Below the pieces are notes generated by a model, which saw nothing but the letters and a program-made list of their open reading frames with translations, had not been told where the DNA came from and did no database searches. This document shows, piece by piece, positions 63,200 through 64,000 of a DNA stretch of 64,000 nt. Source of the stretch: Acidimicrobiaceae bacterium (GTDB taxonomy: Bacteria; Actinomycetota; Acidimicrobiia; Acidimicrobiales; Aldehydirespiratoraceae); NCBI GenBank assembly GCA_009844405.1, contig VYBO01000043.1:4927-68926 (forward strand), given 5' to 3'. The position numbers and the translations under genes are program-made. Numbering within the stretch: the first letter of the stretch is position 1; every line of letters starts with the position of its first letter.

Positions 63200-63679
63200 G
63201 TGGGAGCGGACTCGGGGAACGAGTCGTGGGCCTCGTCGCCGGCGACCCGCAAGTCGATGCAGGGCAACCGCAGCCGCGACACCAAGCCCGAGATGGCGGT
63301 GCGCTCCGCCGTGCATCGCCGAGGCATCAGGTTCCGGGTGTCCGCGCGGCCCCAGCCCGAGATTGCCCGCACCGCCGACCTGGTCCTGCGCAAGACCCGC
63401 ATCGCCGTGTTCGTCGACGGCTGCTACTGGCACGGATGCCCCGACCACCACACCCAGCCAGCCACAAACGCGCAGTACTGGGCGGACAAGATCGCCCGCA
63501 ACGTCGAGCGCGACAGCGAGACCACCGCATACCTGCAGCAGGCCGGGTGGACGGTGCTGCGCTTCTGGGAGCACGAGGATCCCGAGGCCGTCGCCGACCG
63601 AGTGCAGAAAGCCGTGCAGTCGGCCCTTGGATATCCCGGCACGACGGGTACCGACGAACAGACGTTTCCCTCGGTTTGA
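63200..63679 (+). CDS. vsr: Very-short-patch repair endonuclease
   Basis: SRDTKPEMAVRSAVHRRGIRFRV....P...RTADLVL...RIAVFVDGCYWHGCP is the Vsr hallmark (DT.PE, FV.GCFWH.C). The GTG at 63200 lies inside track ORF 62909..63679. Confidence 0.85.
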   Translation: MGADSGNESWASSPATRKSMQGNRSRDTKPEMAVRSAVHRRGIRFRVSARPQPEIARTADLVLRKTRIAVFVDGCYWHGCPDHHTQPATNAQYWADKIARNVERDSETTAYLQQAGWTVLRFWEHEDPEAVADRVQKAVQSALGYPGTTGTDEQTFPSV

Positions 63680-63712
63680 GACCCCTTGCCGGCCCTGGAC
63701 CGTGGCGGTTGA

Positions 63713-64000
63713 CTACCCAAGAGGTGGCGGGTCGGGCGTGTGGTAGTCGTGCTTAGCTCCATCGAAGTCGGACCCGGTGAGGACTGTTCTAGAGAGATCG
63801 GCACCGGTGAGGTCGGCACCGCGGAAGTCCGCCCCATAGAGGTCAGCACCAGCGAGATCAGCACCAGCGAGGTTCGCCCCGGTAAGGCGCGCACCGGTCA
63901 GGTCGGCGCCAGCGAGACTCGCCCCGGCTAGATTCGCGTCGCAGAGATCGGCGTCGCAGAGGTCAGCGTCGGTGAGGATGGCACCGGAAAGTTGCGAGCC
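63713..64000 (-). CDS. Pentapeptide-repeat protein, 5' end outside window
   Basis: Not in the ORF track because no start lies in the window. Manual translation of the minus strand from 64000 gives [95 protein letters not shown], with stop TAG at 63715-63713. Confidence 0.8.
   Translation of the reverse strand, partial: GSQLSGAILTDADLCDADLCDANLAGASLAGADLTGARLTGANLAGADLAGADLYGADFRGADLTGADLSRTVLTGSDFDGAKHDYHTPDPPPLG

Noticed and set aside
63424-63931. Track ORFs 63424..63894 (minus) and 63740..63931 (plus) at the window end.
   Set aside because: Both are wrong frames or the wrong strand of the pentapeptide-repeat gene. The correct minus-strand frame (63713..64000) gives a clean A(D/N)L.G repeat but has no start in the window.

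Overview
This is 64 kb of a high-GC (about 68-70% by eye) actinobacterial-type chromosome. WhiB, SLH-like envelope proteins, selA/selB and VapBC modules hint at an Acidimicrobiia-like organism, but the taxon is inference only.

Backbone genes:
- a fused 2-oxoacid:ferredoxin oxidoreductase (5' partial)
- a Dpp/Opp-type ABC importer (BCDF); a family-5 binding lipoprotein that may be its partner lies 12 kb away
- acyl-CoA synthetase and panE
- GGT
- isochorismatase-like hydrolase
- aldehyde dehydrogenase, MFS transporter and GntR regulator
- phosphosugar mutase
- potABCD
- OsmC
- GCS2 ligase
- Fe-S assembly genes (erpA, apbC)
- a cell-envelope cluster (SLH-like SGNH hydrolase plus Ala-rich anchored proteins)
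- nitroreductase-SRPBCC fusion
- fxsA
- selA-selB
- whiB
- nfeD
- a STAS protein
- a receiver-domain protein
- tRNA-Pro(CGG)

Decayed or accessory content:
- dprA and comF fragments
- an MFS gene with an in-frame TAG
- an AlbA_2/HATPase_c_4 remnant
- a xanthine-dehydrogenase fragment next to a retropepsin-like gene
- two VapBC modules
- a PaREP1/HEPN-like gene
- a tRNA-Pro-adjacent remnant island (truncated DUF4143 ATPase, orphan vsr, pentapeptide-repeat gene)

Most interesting locus: the minus-strand operon 28466-38273. It pairs a PglX-like N6-adenine methyltransferase with a PLD-SNF2 helicase/nuclease fusion. The methyltransferase is interrupted by three simple-sequence tracts, (CT)12, G11 and G10. 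Just after G11 the same ~22-aa motif is encoded three times in tandem, once in each reading frame. Two tandem paralogous C-terminal cassettes follow.

Two further recurring signals:
- A MIRU/REP-like dispersed element sits at six intergenic loci and supplies stop codons and C-termini to flanking genes.
- Three perfect 35-37 bp duplications are each separated by a 35-37 bp unrelated filler (72-73 bp units).

No rRNA, CRISPR array, transposase or integrase was recognised. Many long ORFs in the track are antisense or out-of-frame artefacts of high GC.
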